In this document: positions 55,644-64,000 of the stretch, piece by piece
Position numbering within the stretch: the first letter of the stretch is position 1
Layout: every line of letters begins with the position of its first letter
NCBI GenBank assembly: GCA_025922875.1
Contig: JAICGZ010000001.1
Location: 6,541 to 70,540 of the forward strand
Direction: 5' to 3'
DNA length: 64,000 bases
Origin: Pyrinomonadaceae bacterium
Lineage (GTDB): Bacteria; Acidobacteriota; Blastocatellia; Pyrinomonadales; Pyrinomonadaceae
Made by a program: the position numbers and the translations under genes
Notes under the pieces: generated by a model
Database searches by the model: none
What the model saw: only the letters and a program-made list of their open reading frames with translations
What the model was told of the DNA's origin: nothing

Positions 55644-56560
55644 TATTTTGGCGGCGTCAAATAAATCTGGACGGCCGCGCCTTTTCTCAACTCCTCAGCG
55701 TATGCCAGAAACAGCTTTCGCTCTTCCTGCGCGATCAGATGTTGCATGATCGGGACTTTGAGAAAGTCAAAATCGCCCTTCAAGCTTGCTTTGTGCTGGT
55801 TGTAGTATGCGCGCGCTTGCTCTTCGCTGACAATCGGGAGTTTGGTCCTCACGTGTTGGTCTATCAGGGCCTTTGGAGTGGTTCCTTGTCGCTTCGCTTC
55901 CTGTTCCAAAAGGTAATCGTTGATTCGCAGATCGAGATCTTGTTTACGAACGTTATAAACCTGCTGCTGGACGCGAAGGATCAGCGGCCGCAAAGCCTGC
56001 TCGATGTCGCGTGAGGTGATGTTTACGCCATTGACTGTAGCGAAGACGCGTGACAGTTCCGCTTCGTTTTCTGGTGGCGTAACCGGCTCATTCGATATCG
56101 TGATTTTAGCTGCGCCGCGCAACGCGTTTGCGAATTCGGCGGCGCGGAGAGTTTCGCGTTCGTTTCTCAAACGCGTGATGATGTCGTTCTTTATGCTCTT
56201 GAAGTCCTGAGAAGTGCGGCTCTTATTCTGATCGTAGAAAGCACGGGCGTCTGATTCAGTTACATCGATCTTTGCAGTGACTTCTTGTTCGAGAAGTTTG
56301 GCGGCGGTCACGCCGCGTCGTTTTGCTTCGGCTTCGAGCAGGAGGTTGTTGATTTGACGGCCGAGTTCCTGGCTACGCGCCATGATGACGGCGTCCTGAG
56401 CCATGCTTACCTGTGTTTTGGTGTCGATACTCAGATCTTGTTTCGTGATCTTGAAACCGTTGACTACTGCGAGCACGTTGATCTGAGGTTTGTCTTCGCA
56501 ACCGCAGTTTGGAGCTTGTGAAAAGGCGATGAGAAATAGAGCTAATAGCAGCTGAAACAT
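55643..56560 (-). CDS. SurA N-terminal-domain-like periplasmic chaperone (no obvious PPIase domain)
   Basis: 305 aa with a signal peptide. It contains repeated helical modules of SurA_N / PpiD type (e.g. ARAFYDQNK and ARAYYNQHK). Confidence 0.5.
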   Translation of the reverse strand: MFQLLLALFLIAFSQAPNCGCEDKPQINVLAVVNGFKITKQDLSIDTKTQVSMAQDAVIMARSQELGRQINNLLLEAEAKRRGVTAAKLLEQEVTAKIDVTESDARAFYDQNKSRTSQDFKSIKNDIITRLRNERETLRAAEFANALRGAAKITISNEPVTPPENEAELSRVFATVNGVNITSRDIEQALRPLILRVQQQVYNVRKQDLDLRINDYLLEQEAKRQGTTPKALIDQHVRTKLPIVSEEQARAYYNQHKASLKGDFDFLKVPIMQHLIAQEERKLFLAYAEELRKGAAVQIYLTPPK

Positions 56561-56603
56561 GTAGCGGACACTCTTAGACAGGATTTACACGATTTTTCAG
56601 GAT

Positions 56604-57572
56604 TTACATGAGTGCTCGGATCGCCTCGCGTGCGTAGTAAGTCAGAATGATATCGGCGCCGGCGCGCTTGATGCTCGTAAGTGTTTCCATCATCACACGC
56701 TCTTCATCAATCCAGCCCTTCTGCGCAGCCGCTTTGATCATCGCGTACTCGCCTGAAACGTGATACGCCGCGAGGGGAACATCAAATCGATCGCGAACCA
56801 TCCTCAGGATATCTAAATAAACTGTGGCGGGTTTAACCATCAGTATGTCTGCGCCTTCGGAGTAGTCGAGCTCAGCCTCGCGCATCGCCTCGCGCGCGTT
56901 CGGCGTATCCATTTGATAAGCACGCCGATCCCCAAATTCCGGCGCACTCTGCGCCGCCTCACGAAATGGACCATAAAATCCGGAGGCATACTTCACCGCA
57001 TAAGCCATGATCGCCGTATTTTTGAATCCTTCACCGTCGAGCAGTTCGCGAATCGCGCTCACCTGACCGTCCATCATTGCCGACGGCGCAACCACGTCCG
57101 CACCTGCTGCAGCCTGGCTTAACGCTGTGCGCGCCAGCAATTCCAGTGACTCATCGTTGAGTACCTCGCCCCCGCGAACGACGCCGCAATGACCATGCGA
57201 CGTGTATTCACACAAGCACGTATCAGCCATGATGATCACTTCAGGCGATGACTGCCGAACTGCACGGATCGCGCGCTGCACGATGCCATCTTCCGCGTAG
57301 GCGCCGGATGCGAGTGTGTCCTTTGATTCCGGAAGACCAAAGAGAATGATGCTGCGAACACCAACGTCACAAGCCGCGGCAACTTCCTTCGTTACCTCGT
57401 CGATCGAAAGGTTATACACGCCGGGCATCGACGCGATCTCACGTCGCACGCCCGTGCCGGGACATACGAACAGCGGCAACACGAAATTATCGGGCGCGAG
57501 TCGAGTCTCGCGTACCAGTGAACGAAGCGCGTCGTTTCTTCGAAGTCGACGAGGACGATGAATCATTTCCAT
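56604..57572 (-). CDS. hemB: porphobilinogen synthase (delta-aminolevulinic acid dehydratase)
   Basis: [21 protein letters not shown], the Zn-site [14 protein letters not shown] and active-site MVKPA are present. I placed the start at ATG 57572, which overlaps the upstream stop as TAATG. Confidence 0.9.
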   Translation of the reverse strand: MEMIHRPRRLRRNDALRSLVRETRLAPDNFVLPLFVCPGTGVRREIASMPGVYNLSIDEVTKEVAAACDVGVRSIILFGLPESKDTLASGAYAEDGIVQRAIRAVRQSSPEVIIMADTCLCEYTSHGHCGVVRGGEVLNDESLELLARTALSQAAAGADVVAPSAMMDGQVSAIRELLDGEGFKNTAIMAYAVKYASGFYGPFREAAQSAPEFGDRRAYQMDTPNAREAMREAELDYSEGADILMVKPATVYLDILRMVRDRFDVPLAAYHVSGEYAMIKAAAQKGWIDEERVMMETLTSIKRAGADIILTYYAREAIRALM

Positions 57573-58030
57573 TACCATCGATGATAGGCGGGATGACCGG
57601 GCTTTACAGCCACGAACGTACCGCGACAGGTCGCGCAAACTTTGTCGTGCGCAATCAGTTCGCCTTCAACAACGGCACGATTGTCAGTTGATTCGACTAC
57701 ACGCGCGACCAGTTTAACCGGCTGGTCGCTGGGTGTCGGACGCAACAGTTTGATCGCGTATTCGGATGTGACCGTGCAAGGCGGTTTGTCAGCGCCCGTC
57801 TTCTGCATCAGGCGCCATGCTGCCGACCAGTTGCAGTGACAATCCAGCAGAGTGCCGATAATTCCACCACTCAACATTCCCTCGAATGCTTCGTATTCCT
57901 TGCTGGGCCGCCACTCCGCGACGACTGTATCACCGTCCGGAAAACTGCGAACGTGTAGTCCCTTCGGATTGGCTGGCCCACAGCCGAAGCAGGCGAGATT
58001 CGGTGCGTAGGTTTCCTGGATACTTTTCAT
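57572..58030 (-). CDS. PaaI/hotdog-fold acyl-CoA thioesterase
   Basis: 152 aa. It has an N-terminal [13 protein letters not shown] motif and a hotdog core. Its ATG overlaps the CoA ligase stop as ATGA. Confidence 0.7.
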   Translation of the reverse strand: MKSIQETYAPNLACFGCGPANPKGLHVRSFPDGDTVVAEWRPSKEYEAFEGMLSGGIIGTLLDCHCNWSAAWRLMQKTGADKPPCTVTSEYAIKLLRPTPSDQPVKLVARVVESTDNRAVVEGELIAHDKVCATCRGTFVAVKPGHPAYHRW

Positions 58031-59544
58031 GGTTTAGCGTGTGCGCGCAGGCTCTGCCTCAGTTTGAACCGCTGAATCTTGCCGGTTGCCGTGTAAGGCA
58101 ACTCCGAAACAAACACATACTTGCGCGGTTGTTTGAATCGAGGCAGCGACTCGGCCGCCAGTGCCCGCAGATCCTTTTCAAAAGCGACTGGATCGGATTC
58201 TACATCCTGCTTCACAACAAACGCACACGCGCACGGAAGTCGATCGGAGTCAAAATCTTCAACCACGGCCGCACGCGCGACACCCGGATGTCGCAACAGC
58301 ACGCCTTCAACCTCAACCGGAGAGACCCACTGCCCGCTCGATTTGAAGCAATCGTCGCTGCGTCCCATGTGAAACCAGTAACCATCGCTATCGCGGCGAT
58401 AAAGGTCTCCAGTGCGAACCCAACCATCGACGAAAGTTTGAGTTGTCGCTTCCGGATTCTGCCAGTAGAAATGCGCGGCGCTATCGCCTTTGATCCACAG
58501 GTTGCCTTCAGAGCCCGCGGGCGCCGGTTCTCCGTTTTCATCAAGGAGTCGCCCTTCGTAACCGTCGAGTAGTTTGCCACTGCTGCCGTAGCGTACATCG
58601 TTTTCATGATTCGACATGAACATGTGCAACATCTCCGTCGAGCCAATCCCATCGAGCAACTGAATCCCAAACTCTCGTTCCCATTCTTCGCCGAGATGGG
58701 CCGGCAAGGCTTCGCCAGCCGAGACACACAACCGCAAGCTCGAACAATCGAGTCTCTTCCCGCTGCGATGATGTTCGAGCAGCAGGTTGTACACGACTGG
58801 AACTCCGAAAAAGATCGTTGGGCGACACTCAGAGAAGATTTTCGAGATCACGTCAGGCGACGGTTTCTCGCGACACAGGATCGTGGAGGCTCCGTTCAGC
58901 AGTGGAAACGAAAAACTGTTACCGAGACCATATGCGAAAGGTAGTCGTGACGACGAAAACAACCGGTCTTCTGGTGTCAGGCGCAACACCTCGCGACAAA
59001 ATGTTTGGTTCGTGTAGAAGATGTCCACTTGCCGGTGGACCGCTCCCTTTGGTTCGCCCGTGCTGCCGGAGGTGTAGAGTATGAATGCCGGATCATCGAC
59101 GCCCGGCGCGGGAAACACAGGTGGCTCGCTATCAGCAACGTCGGTCAGGAGGCGTTTCAAATCGGGAAGCGAGACGACGGTTTTCAACGACCGCAACTTT
59201 TCCGGTGCATGTGTCAGCAGCGTGTTGCATGAGTCGCTTTCCATAAAGGCCAGAGTGGCTCCGGAGTTGTGAAGGATCGAACACTGCTCATCGAGACGAA
59301 GCGCCATATTGATGGGAACAGCTATTGCGCCGAGTGAACACGTGGCGATGAACGCCTCGATGAGCTCCGGGGAGTCATGGAGTAAAATGGCGATACGGTC
59401 GCCCCGATTGGCCCGCAAAGAATTGATAACCTGGGCCATCTTCAACGTTTCCGCACGCAGTTCGCCGTACGTGATCTCGCGCTTGTCAAATTTAATTGCC
59501 GTCGACGACGGGTCGTGGGTGAAGATAGCTTCGAAGAGGTTCAT
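58027..59544 (-). CDS. AMP-dependent aromatic-acid CoA ligase (benzoate-CoA ligase family-like)
   Basis: The AMP-binding motifs are YTSGSTGEPKG, YGSSG and TGD. The C-terminal lysine motif is TATGKIQR. Confidence 0.65.
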   Translation of the reverse strand: MNLFEAIFTHDPSSTAIKFDKREITYGELRAETLKMAQVINSLRANRGDRIAILLHDSPELIEAFIATCSLGAIAVPINMALRLDEQCSILHNSGATLAFMESDSCNTLLTHAPEKLRSLKTVVSLPDLKRLLTDVADSEPPVFPAPGVDDPAFILYTSGSTGEPKGAVHRQVDIFYTNQTFCREVLRLTPEDRLFSSSRLPFAYGLGNSFSFPLLNGASTILCREKPSPDVISKIFSECRPTIFFGVPVVYNLLLEHHRSGKRLDCSSLRLCVSAGEALPAHLGEEWEREFGIQLLDGIGSTEMLHMFMSNHENDVRYGSSGKLLDGYEGRLLDENGEPAPAGSEGNLWIKGDSAAHFYWQNPEATTQTFVDGWVRTGDLYRRDSDGYWFHMGRSDDCFKSSGQWVSPVEVEGVLLRHPGVARAAVVEDFDSDRLPCACAFVVKQDVESDPVAFEKDLRALAAESLPRFKQPRKYVFVSELPYTATGKIQRFKLRQSLRAHAKP

Positions 59545-59581
59545 TGTGTTTCCATCTTAGAATGTAATCCTGTTAAATGTC

Positions 59582-62500
59582 ATGGAATTACTATTCTTCC
59601 TGCTGGTCCTGCTAACGATCGTAGCCGTTGTCGGCCATTTCATATGGTGGGTGGGGGCGACAATCATTCGCGCGCTTTTGGGTCAGCCGAAAACTGATAG
59701 TCGGCCTTCACACGACACCTTCGTTAACCGAGAGAGCGACCTGGATGTCACCGAACGCCAGATCGTGAAGTTTTACAGTGAAGGAAGAATAAACGACGAA
59801 ACATACGAACAGTTGATGAAGCAGATCCGGGCGGAACGAGCCGGCTTTGCTCCGCCTGAACCGACTCCACCCGTATCGCAAAAAGAACCCGTTGCCGCCG
59901 CGAGTCCGATAGAAACGCCGCAACCCGTCGTAGCCGCTTCGTTCGTCGCAACTGACGACGAAATCGTAATCGAACCTGTTCCCGCTGAAGAACAATTCAC
60001 GCCACCGCCGCGCCCGCCCCGCAGGTCTTTCTCTGAAGTGCTCAACTCCTTCATGGAGCAGAGCAACATCCGCTGGGGCGAGATCATCGGCGGTCTTCTG
60101 ATCATCGGCTGTTCGACCGCACTCGTCATCAGCTTGTGGGCTCAGATATCTCAAATCCCGGTGCTGAAGTTTTTAATCTTCACGACGGTCACCGCCGTTC
60201 TTTTCGGAATCGGACTCTATACCGAACATCGCTGGAAACTTCCCACGACGAGTCGAGGCATCCTGACGATCGCCACGCTGCTCGTGCCTTTGAACTTTCT
60301 CGCGATCGCCGCGGTTTCAGCGAGCAACACGTCAGGCGCACTGGTGATTGGCAGTGAGCTAGTGGCTCCGGCGATCTTTCTTGTTCTGGTGTACTTTGCC
60401 GGCCGGATCATCACGCCGGGTTGCGCACACATCCTGTCAGTGGGAGTACTCGCGTCGTCAATCGGGCAACTGCTTGTTCGCCACTTCGCATCGGTGGACG
60501 CTCCTCCAGCGCTTCTGATCGTTCTCGGCGCGTTCCCCGTTGCTTGTTATGTGTTGACTGTCGGACTCGCTCTCCGTGTCGTTCTTCACGATCGCGAAAT
60601 TGACGAAAGCGAAACCACGACACTCTTCACAGTCCTGGGCACGATGAGTTTTGCCGCACTGCTGCCTTTTGGTTTGTTGCTCTACAAGTGGGGGCCGGTG
60701 GGGCTGTCGATGATGTACCTCGCGCCGCTCGTCACGCTGTGGGGCTTGCCGATGCTGGCCACCGGAATAATCCTGTGGCGAAGGATTTCGAACAAAGAAC
60801 TCGTTGCTTCGAGAACGACCGGCACAGCTCTGGGGATCCTCGGCGTGATGATTGTGCTGGCCGGAATGATCCTCGCGTGGCCCAACCCATCGAGCATCGT
60901 GCCTGCGGCATTGTTGAACTTCGCGATCTTTACGGCGCTTGCCGTCGCACTCGAACTACCTGTTGCTCATCTCATCGCAGCCATCTGTTTTGGTTTGGCG
61001 TACCTCGTCGCGTTCCATGTGTTTGCCGGCAACATCACGTGGGTAAATCTTCGTGTGATGTCGTTGCTTAACGTGAGTCTTTCGGTCAGCAGTGGACAAG
61101 CACTCGTGGGTGCGTTCGCTCTTTTCCTGGTGGCTTCGGAATGGCTATCAAAGCGGAAGCGAGAACGCGATAGTTACTACTACTTTATTGCCGCTTGCTT
61201 AGCGGCAGTCGTGAGTTTAGCGCTCGCGCGAGCTTTTGGCGTTTCGTCTGACGTTCTTTGGATCGTCTACGGTCTCTACTCGGTGGGCGCTTTCTGGATT
61301 GCGTGGCGGCGGAAGTTAGCGCCGTTCGTTTGGATCGGATCCGCGCTGTTGCTGTTCTCCCTCGCGGATAACTTCGCGCACACGCTGTCGTTTTCATTCC
61401 CGTGGCAAACGGCTTTACTCGCACATGCGACGCTGTGCGCGGTGGCGGCAATCGTTAGTTCACGCTACAGGGGCGCAGAAGTTTTTGTGCTACCGCTCAA
61501 CTACAGCGCCTTGATCTCTCTGGTGCTCGGAGTGGTCAGCCTGTTTCAAGCGAACACGTGGGAAGTCACGTGGATGCAGGCGCAGCGAGTGTTTTGGATC
61601 GCCGGCATTCTGCTGGCTTTGCTCTGGCTCAATCGGCGCAGGATTATCTTCAACGCTTTTCAGATTGCGTTGACTTGCGCACTGGTGTTGACAGTCAAAG
61701 CAGCGCTGCAGCAGTACGACTGGTATTCCTACCTACCGCACGCGTTCCTGCATCCGTCTGCGCTTCAGATCCAGGGAACAGTGCTCGCGCTGATGTGCCT
61801 TGCATGGATCGCTTTGCGGTTTCTGGTAAGACGCGCCTCCTTGGAGCGTGGCGACCCGGCGCCGCTTTGGTCTCGATCAGGCACGATCGATAACAAAGCG
61901 GCGCCAGGCCGCCGCACTCCAAGGAGTTGGTTAGGTGACGCGTGGCGCCTGCTCGATAGCAAGTATTCAGTCGATCGTATTGTAGCCTGGCTCCTTCTCG
62001 GGGGGTTCATGCTCCTCGCTGTTTATGGTTCCCTTTCGGGCGGCATTCGAGAATTAGCGGCTTTACCAGGCAGCAATGCGGTCTTTGATGTGGCGGGATT
62101 TCCTCACCAGGAGGCACTCGCGCTCGGTTCATGGATCGTGCTTGGTCTCTTAACCATCTCGATGCTCGCGAGTTTTTGGGAACGTCGCAGCAGCGTGTAT
62201 TTACTCGGCGCGCTTGTCGCACTTTCCGCGGCGATTCCTTTGCTGGCCGGACTATTTGAATATCAAATGGCAACGGCGACGGCGTGGCGCTGGCTGGCTG
62301 CACTGTTTTTTCTGGGCGGCTCGTTACTGATCTGGTATCGACAACGTCTCACCGGGTTCGCAATCGATACTGAAGCATTCGCGAAACACGCGCGACCACT
62401 TCTGATCGCGCTCACTGTTCTGCCGCTCGTTGTCTTAACGATCTATCCCGCATTGCGAGCGATCTTTTATCTGGCTATTCAACACCCGACCAGTGGTGTC

Positions 62501-64000
62501 TTCGCGTTACTACGAAGTGACGTCTCCTACAGTCTGCCGCTCGTGTTAGTCGCGCTCGTGACGATCGGATATGCAGTACGCGAGCGAATGCCGGAATTCG
62601 CTTTCTATGCCGGCGCTTTCTTCAACCTTATGGTGACGATCGCATTCCTGTTGGCCGTTGTCGCGGCGGGCGGTTCGATGAATCGTGTGGTCGTGGTGCG
62701 TCTTGCTCAACTGAATGCAATGACGTTGGCCGTTTACTTGTTGCCGTGGCTCAGCACGCGCCGGCGCTGGCAATCAGCCTTGAATGAAAGTGACGTCAGC
62801 TTCGCGCGCTACTTGCTAAAGTTGCAACTCGGCATGGCCGTCGTTTTGAACGCGCTTCTGTTTTTTCCGGTGATGCTCGCATTGATACAGGCACCGTGGG
62901 CTGTGGGAGTTGGCACAATCGCCGCAGGCAGTTTTCCTGGTTGGCTGACGTTTATTACGACAATCGTCGCCGGTGTTTTGTTTACGACGACGACAACGAA
63001 GAGGTCTTCGCCTGAGGTGCTTGCCGGCTTGTTGTTGGGTGTCAGTTGCCTGATCGCTTTCAGTGTCTCGAGCATCAACGGCTGGCTTGGTTTACACACG
63101 TTCACCGTCTGCATTGTGCTGGCCGCGTGGTTAATGCTCGCGGCCGCAGAGTTGACCTCGATTCCGCGTCACGTATTTGGTCTCGGTGGCAAATGGCAGT
63201 CGAGATCGATAACACTGGCCGCAATCGCTGGCGGCCTCGCAGTGTTTCTGAGTTTGCGGACGTTAACCGATAACGCAAGGAGCCGGTGGTGGTCGATCGG
63301 ACCACTGCTCGCGATTACCGCCCTCGCTGCCACGCTGAACTGGAAAACACTGCGTCGCCGGTACATTTACGCAGCGGGCATTCTTTTCAATGTCACTGTC
63401 TCGCTGTGGTGGATCTTCATTCCGCAACACGATCCTCAGATAAGCGATTTCTTACTGATCAATCTGATAGCGGCTTCGCTGGCCGGCATCCTTTGGTTGT
63501 GGCTGGAGCTTCGCTTGCGAAAACTGAGGCAACCCGAGAGCGTACCAGGCCCTGGCTTTTCGTTCCACCACTTCGTCGCGACTCTTTCGCTTGCACTCCT
63601 GACGCTAATAGTCGTCGTGAGTTCTGTTCTTCCTCGCTCTTACTCGCTGTTGTTGGATAAACCTTTCTTATCCTGGCTTGCGTTCTTTTCCCTGCTGGCG
63701 TTGTTGACTGCGTGTCTGTGGGACCGGTACGCAAACTATGCGGTCGCTGGTCTGTACTCCCTCGGGCTGATTGGCTGTGCCATAGCGCTCCACCAAATCG
63801 ATCTGAGTTCAACTCGTCTCGCGTGGTCCGCAACAGTGGTTCTGGCTGCTTACACACTCCTCGTCGCCTTCATGTGGCGACGGCGGGAACGACTCATCAA
63901 TTTTGCTCGACAGTTCGGTATTCCACAGCGCATCAGCCCGGATGTGACTCACCTCGACTGGCTTTCAGCCTTCACCCTCGTTGCTGTCGCCACGGCAACT
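59582..64000 (+). CDS. very large polytopic membrane protein, more than 1473 codons and 3'-truncated by the window edge (absent from the ORF track)
   Basis: I translated the whole stretch by eye from ATG 59582 and found no stop through 64000. The protein has an N-terminal TM, a short helical segment (TERQIVKFYSEGRINDETYEQLMKQIRAE) and a Pro-rich linker, then dozens of hydrophobic segments. The other five frames here contain only short ORFs. Confidence 0.7.
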   Translation, partial: MELLFFLLVLLTIVAVVGHFIWWVGATIIRALLGQPKTDSRPSHDTFVNRESDLDVTERQIVKFYSEGRINDETYEQLMKQIRAERAGFAPPEPTPPVSQKEPVAAASPIETPQPVVAASFVATDDEIVIEPVPAEEQFTPPPRPPRRSFSEVLNSFMEQSNIRWGEIIGGLLIIGCSTALVISLWAQISQIPVLKFLIFTTVTAVLFGIGLYTEHRWKLPTTSRGILTIATLLVPLNFLAIAAVSASNTSGALVIGSELVAPAIFLVLVYFAGRIITPGCAHILSVGVLASSIGQLLVRHFASVDAPPALLIVLGAFPVACYVLTVGLALRVVLHDREIDESETTTLFTVLGTMSFAALLPFGLLLYKWGPVGLSMMYLAPLVTLWGLPMLATGIILWRRISNKELVASRTTGTALGILGVMIVLAGMILAWPNPSSIVPAALLNFAIFTALAVALELPVAHLIAAICFGLAYLVAFHVFAGNITWVNLRVMSLLNVSLSVSSGQALVGAFALFLVASEWLSKRKRERDSYYYFIAACLAAVVSLALARAFGVSSDVLWIVYGLYSVGAFWIAWRRKLAPFVWIGSALLLFSLADNFAHTLSFSFPWQTALLAHATLCAVAAIVSSRYRGAEVFVLPLNYSALISLVLGVVSLFQANTWEVTWMQAQRVFWIAGILLALLWLNRRRIIFNAFQIALTCALVLTVKAALQQYDWYSYLPHAFLHPSALQIQGTVLALMCLAWIALRFLVRRASLERGDPAPLWSRSGTIDNKAAPGRRTPRSWLGDAWRLLDSKYSVDRIVAWLLLGGFMLLAVYGSLSGGIRELAALPGSNAVFDVAGFPHQEALALGSWIVLGLLTISMLASFWERRSSVYLLGALVALSAAIPLLAGLFEYQMATATAWRWLAALFFLGGSLLIWYRQRLTGFAIDTEAFAKHARPLLIALTVLPLVVLTIYPALRAIFYLAIQHPTSGVFALLRSDVSYSLPLVLVALVTIGYAVRERMPEFAFYAGAFFNLMVTIAFLLAVVAAGGSMNRVVVVRLAQLNAMTLAVYLLPWLSTRRRWQSALNESDVSFARYLLKLQLGMAVVLNALLFFPVMLALIQAPWAVGVGTIAAGSFPGWLTFITTIVAGVLFTTTTTKRSSPEVLAGLLLGVSCLIAFSVSSINGWLGLHTFTVCIVLAAWLMLAAAELTSIPRHVFGLGGKWQSRSITLAAIAGGLAVFLSLRTLTDNARSRWWSIGPLLAITALAATLNWKTLRRRYIYAAGILFNVTVSLWWIFIPQHDPQISDFLLINLIAASLAGILWLWLELRLRKLRQPESVPGPGFSFHHFVATLSLALLTLIVVVSSVLPRSYSLLLDKPFLSWLAFFSLLALLTACLWDRYANYAVAGLYSLGLIGCAIALHQIDLSSTRLAWSATVVLAAYTLLVAFMWRRRERLINFARQFGIPQRISPDVTHLDWLSAFTLVAVATAT
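61833..61926. repeat. ~95-bp palindromic MITE/REP-like element, copy 3, lying in frame inside the giant membrane-protein ORF
   Basis: gcgcctccttggagcgtggcgacccggcgccgctttggtctcgatc-aggcac-gatcgataacaaagcggcgccaggccgccgcactccaaggag. It is read as RRASLERGDPAPLWSRSGTIDNKAAPGRRTPRS. Confidence 0.75.

Overview
This is a dense chromosomal housekeeping and catabolic segment from a moderately GC-rich bacterium. Gene content suggests a soil Acidobacteriota-like organism, but that is inference only. I re-evaluated the supplied ORF track for three reasons: it reports the longest ATG/GTG/TTG ORFs, it omits ORFs that run off the window edges, and it omits ORFs under 60 aa. Two edge genes were recovered by eye: speA (1..1138, minus strand) and a membrane protein of more than 1470 codons (59582..64000, plus strand). 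Gene content in order: speA; glnA-glnE; a LmbE-type deacetylase; an SBP-ATPase-permease ABC operon; gatCA; a DUF721 (DciA-like) gene; maf; an aerobic benzoyl-CoA (Box) cluster of boxC-boxB-TetR-2x enoyl-CoA hydratase-SDR; tRNA-Sec; dprA-topA; an M28 peptidase; a TPR protein; a yqjD/yqjE-like stress operon; a TetR + RND efflux operon (MFP-RND-OMF); EEP and MBL hydrolases; bshB1, nfu and bshA (bacillithiol genes); selB; a GH5 hydrolase; a GT39 glycosyltransferase; an APC permease + aminotransferase; a SurA-like gene; and an operon of aromatic-acid CoA ligase-thioesterase-hemB. I found no CRISPR array, transposase, integrase, prophage, or recognisable defence or toxin island, and no convincing novel multi-gene system. 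The signals that the gene list does not explain are: (1) several families of palindromic repeats built from short words that fill nearly every intergenic spacer, including spacers inside operons; (2) a ~95-bp palindromic MITE/REP-like element with one copy read in frame inside the giant membrane-protein gene; (3) an orphan promoter + C-rich hairpin + intrinsic terminator unit upstream of bshA, which could be an sRNA or an attenuator; (4) selenocysteine decoding parts (tRNA-Sec, selB) with no selA, selD or selenoprotein gene in 64 kb; (5) a Box cluster without boxA.
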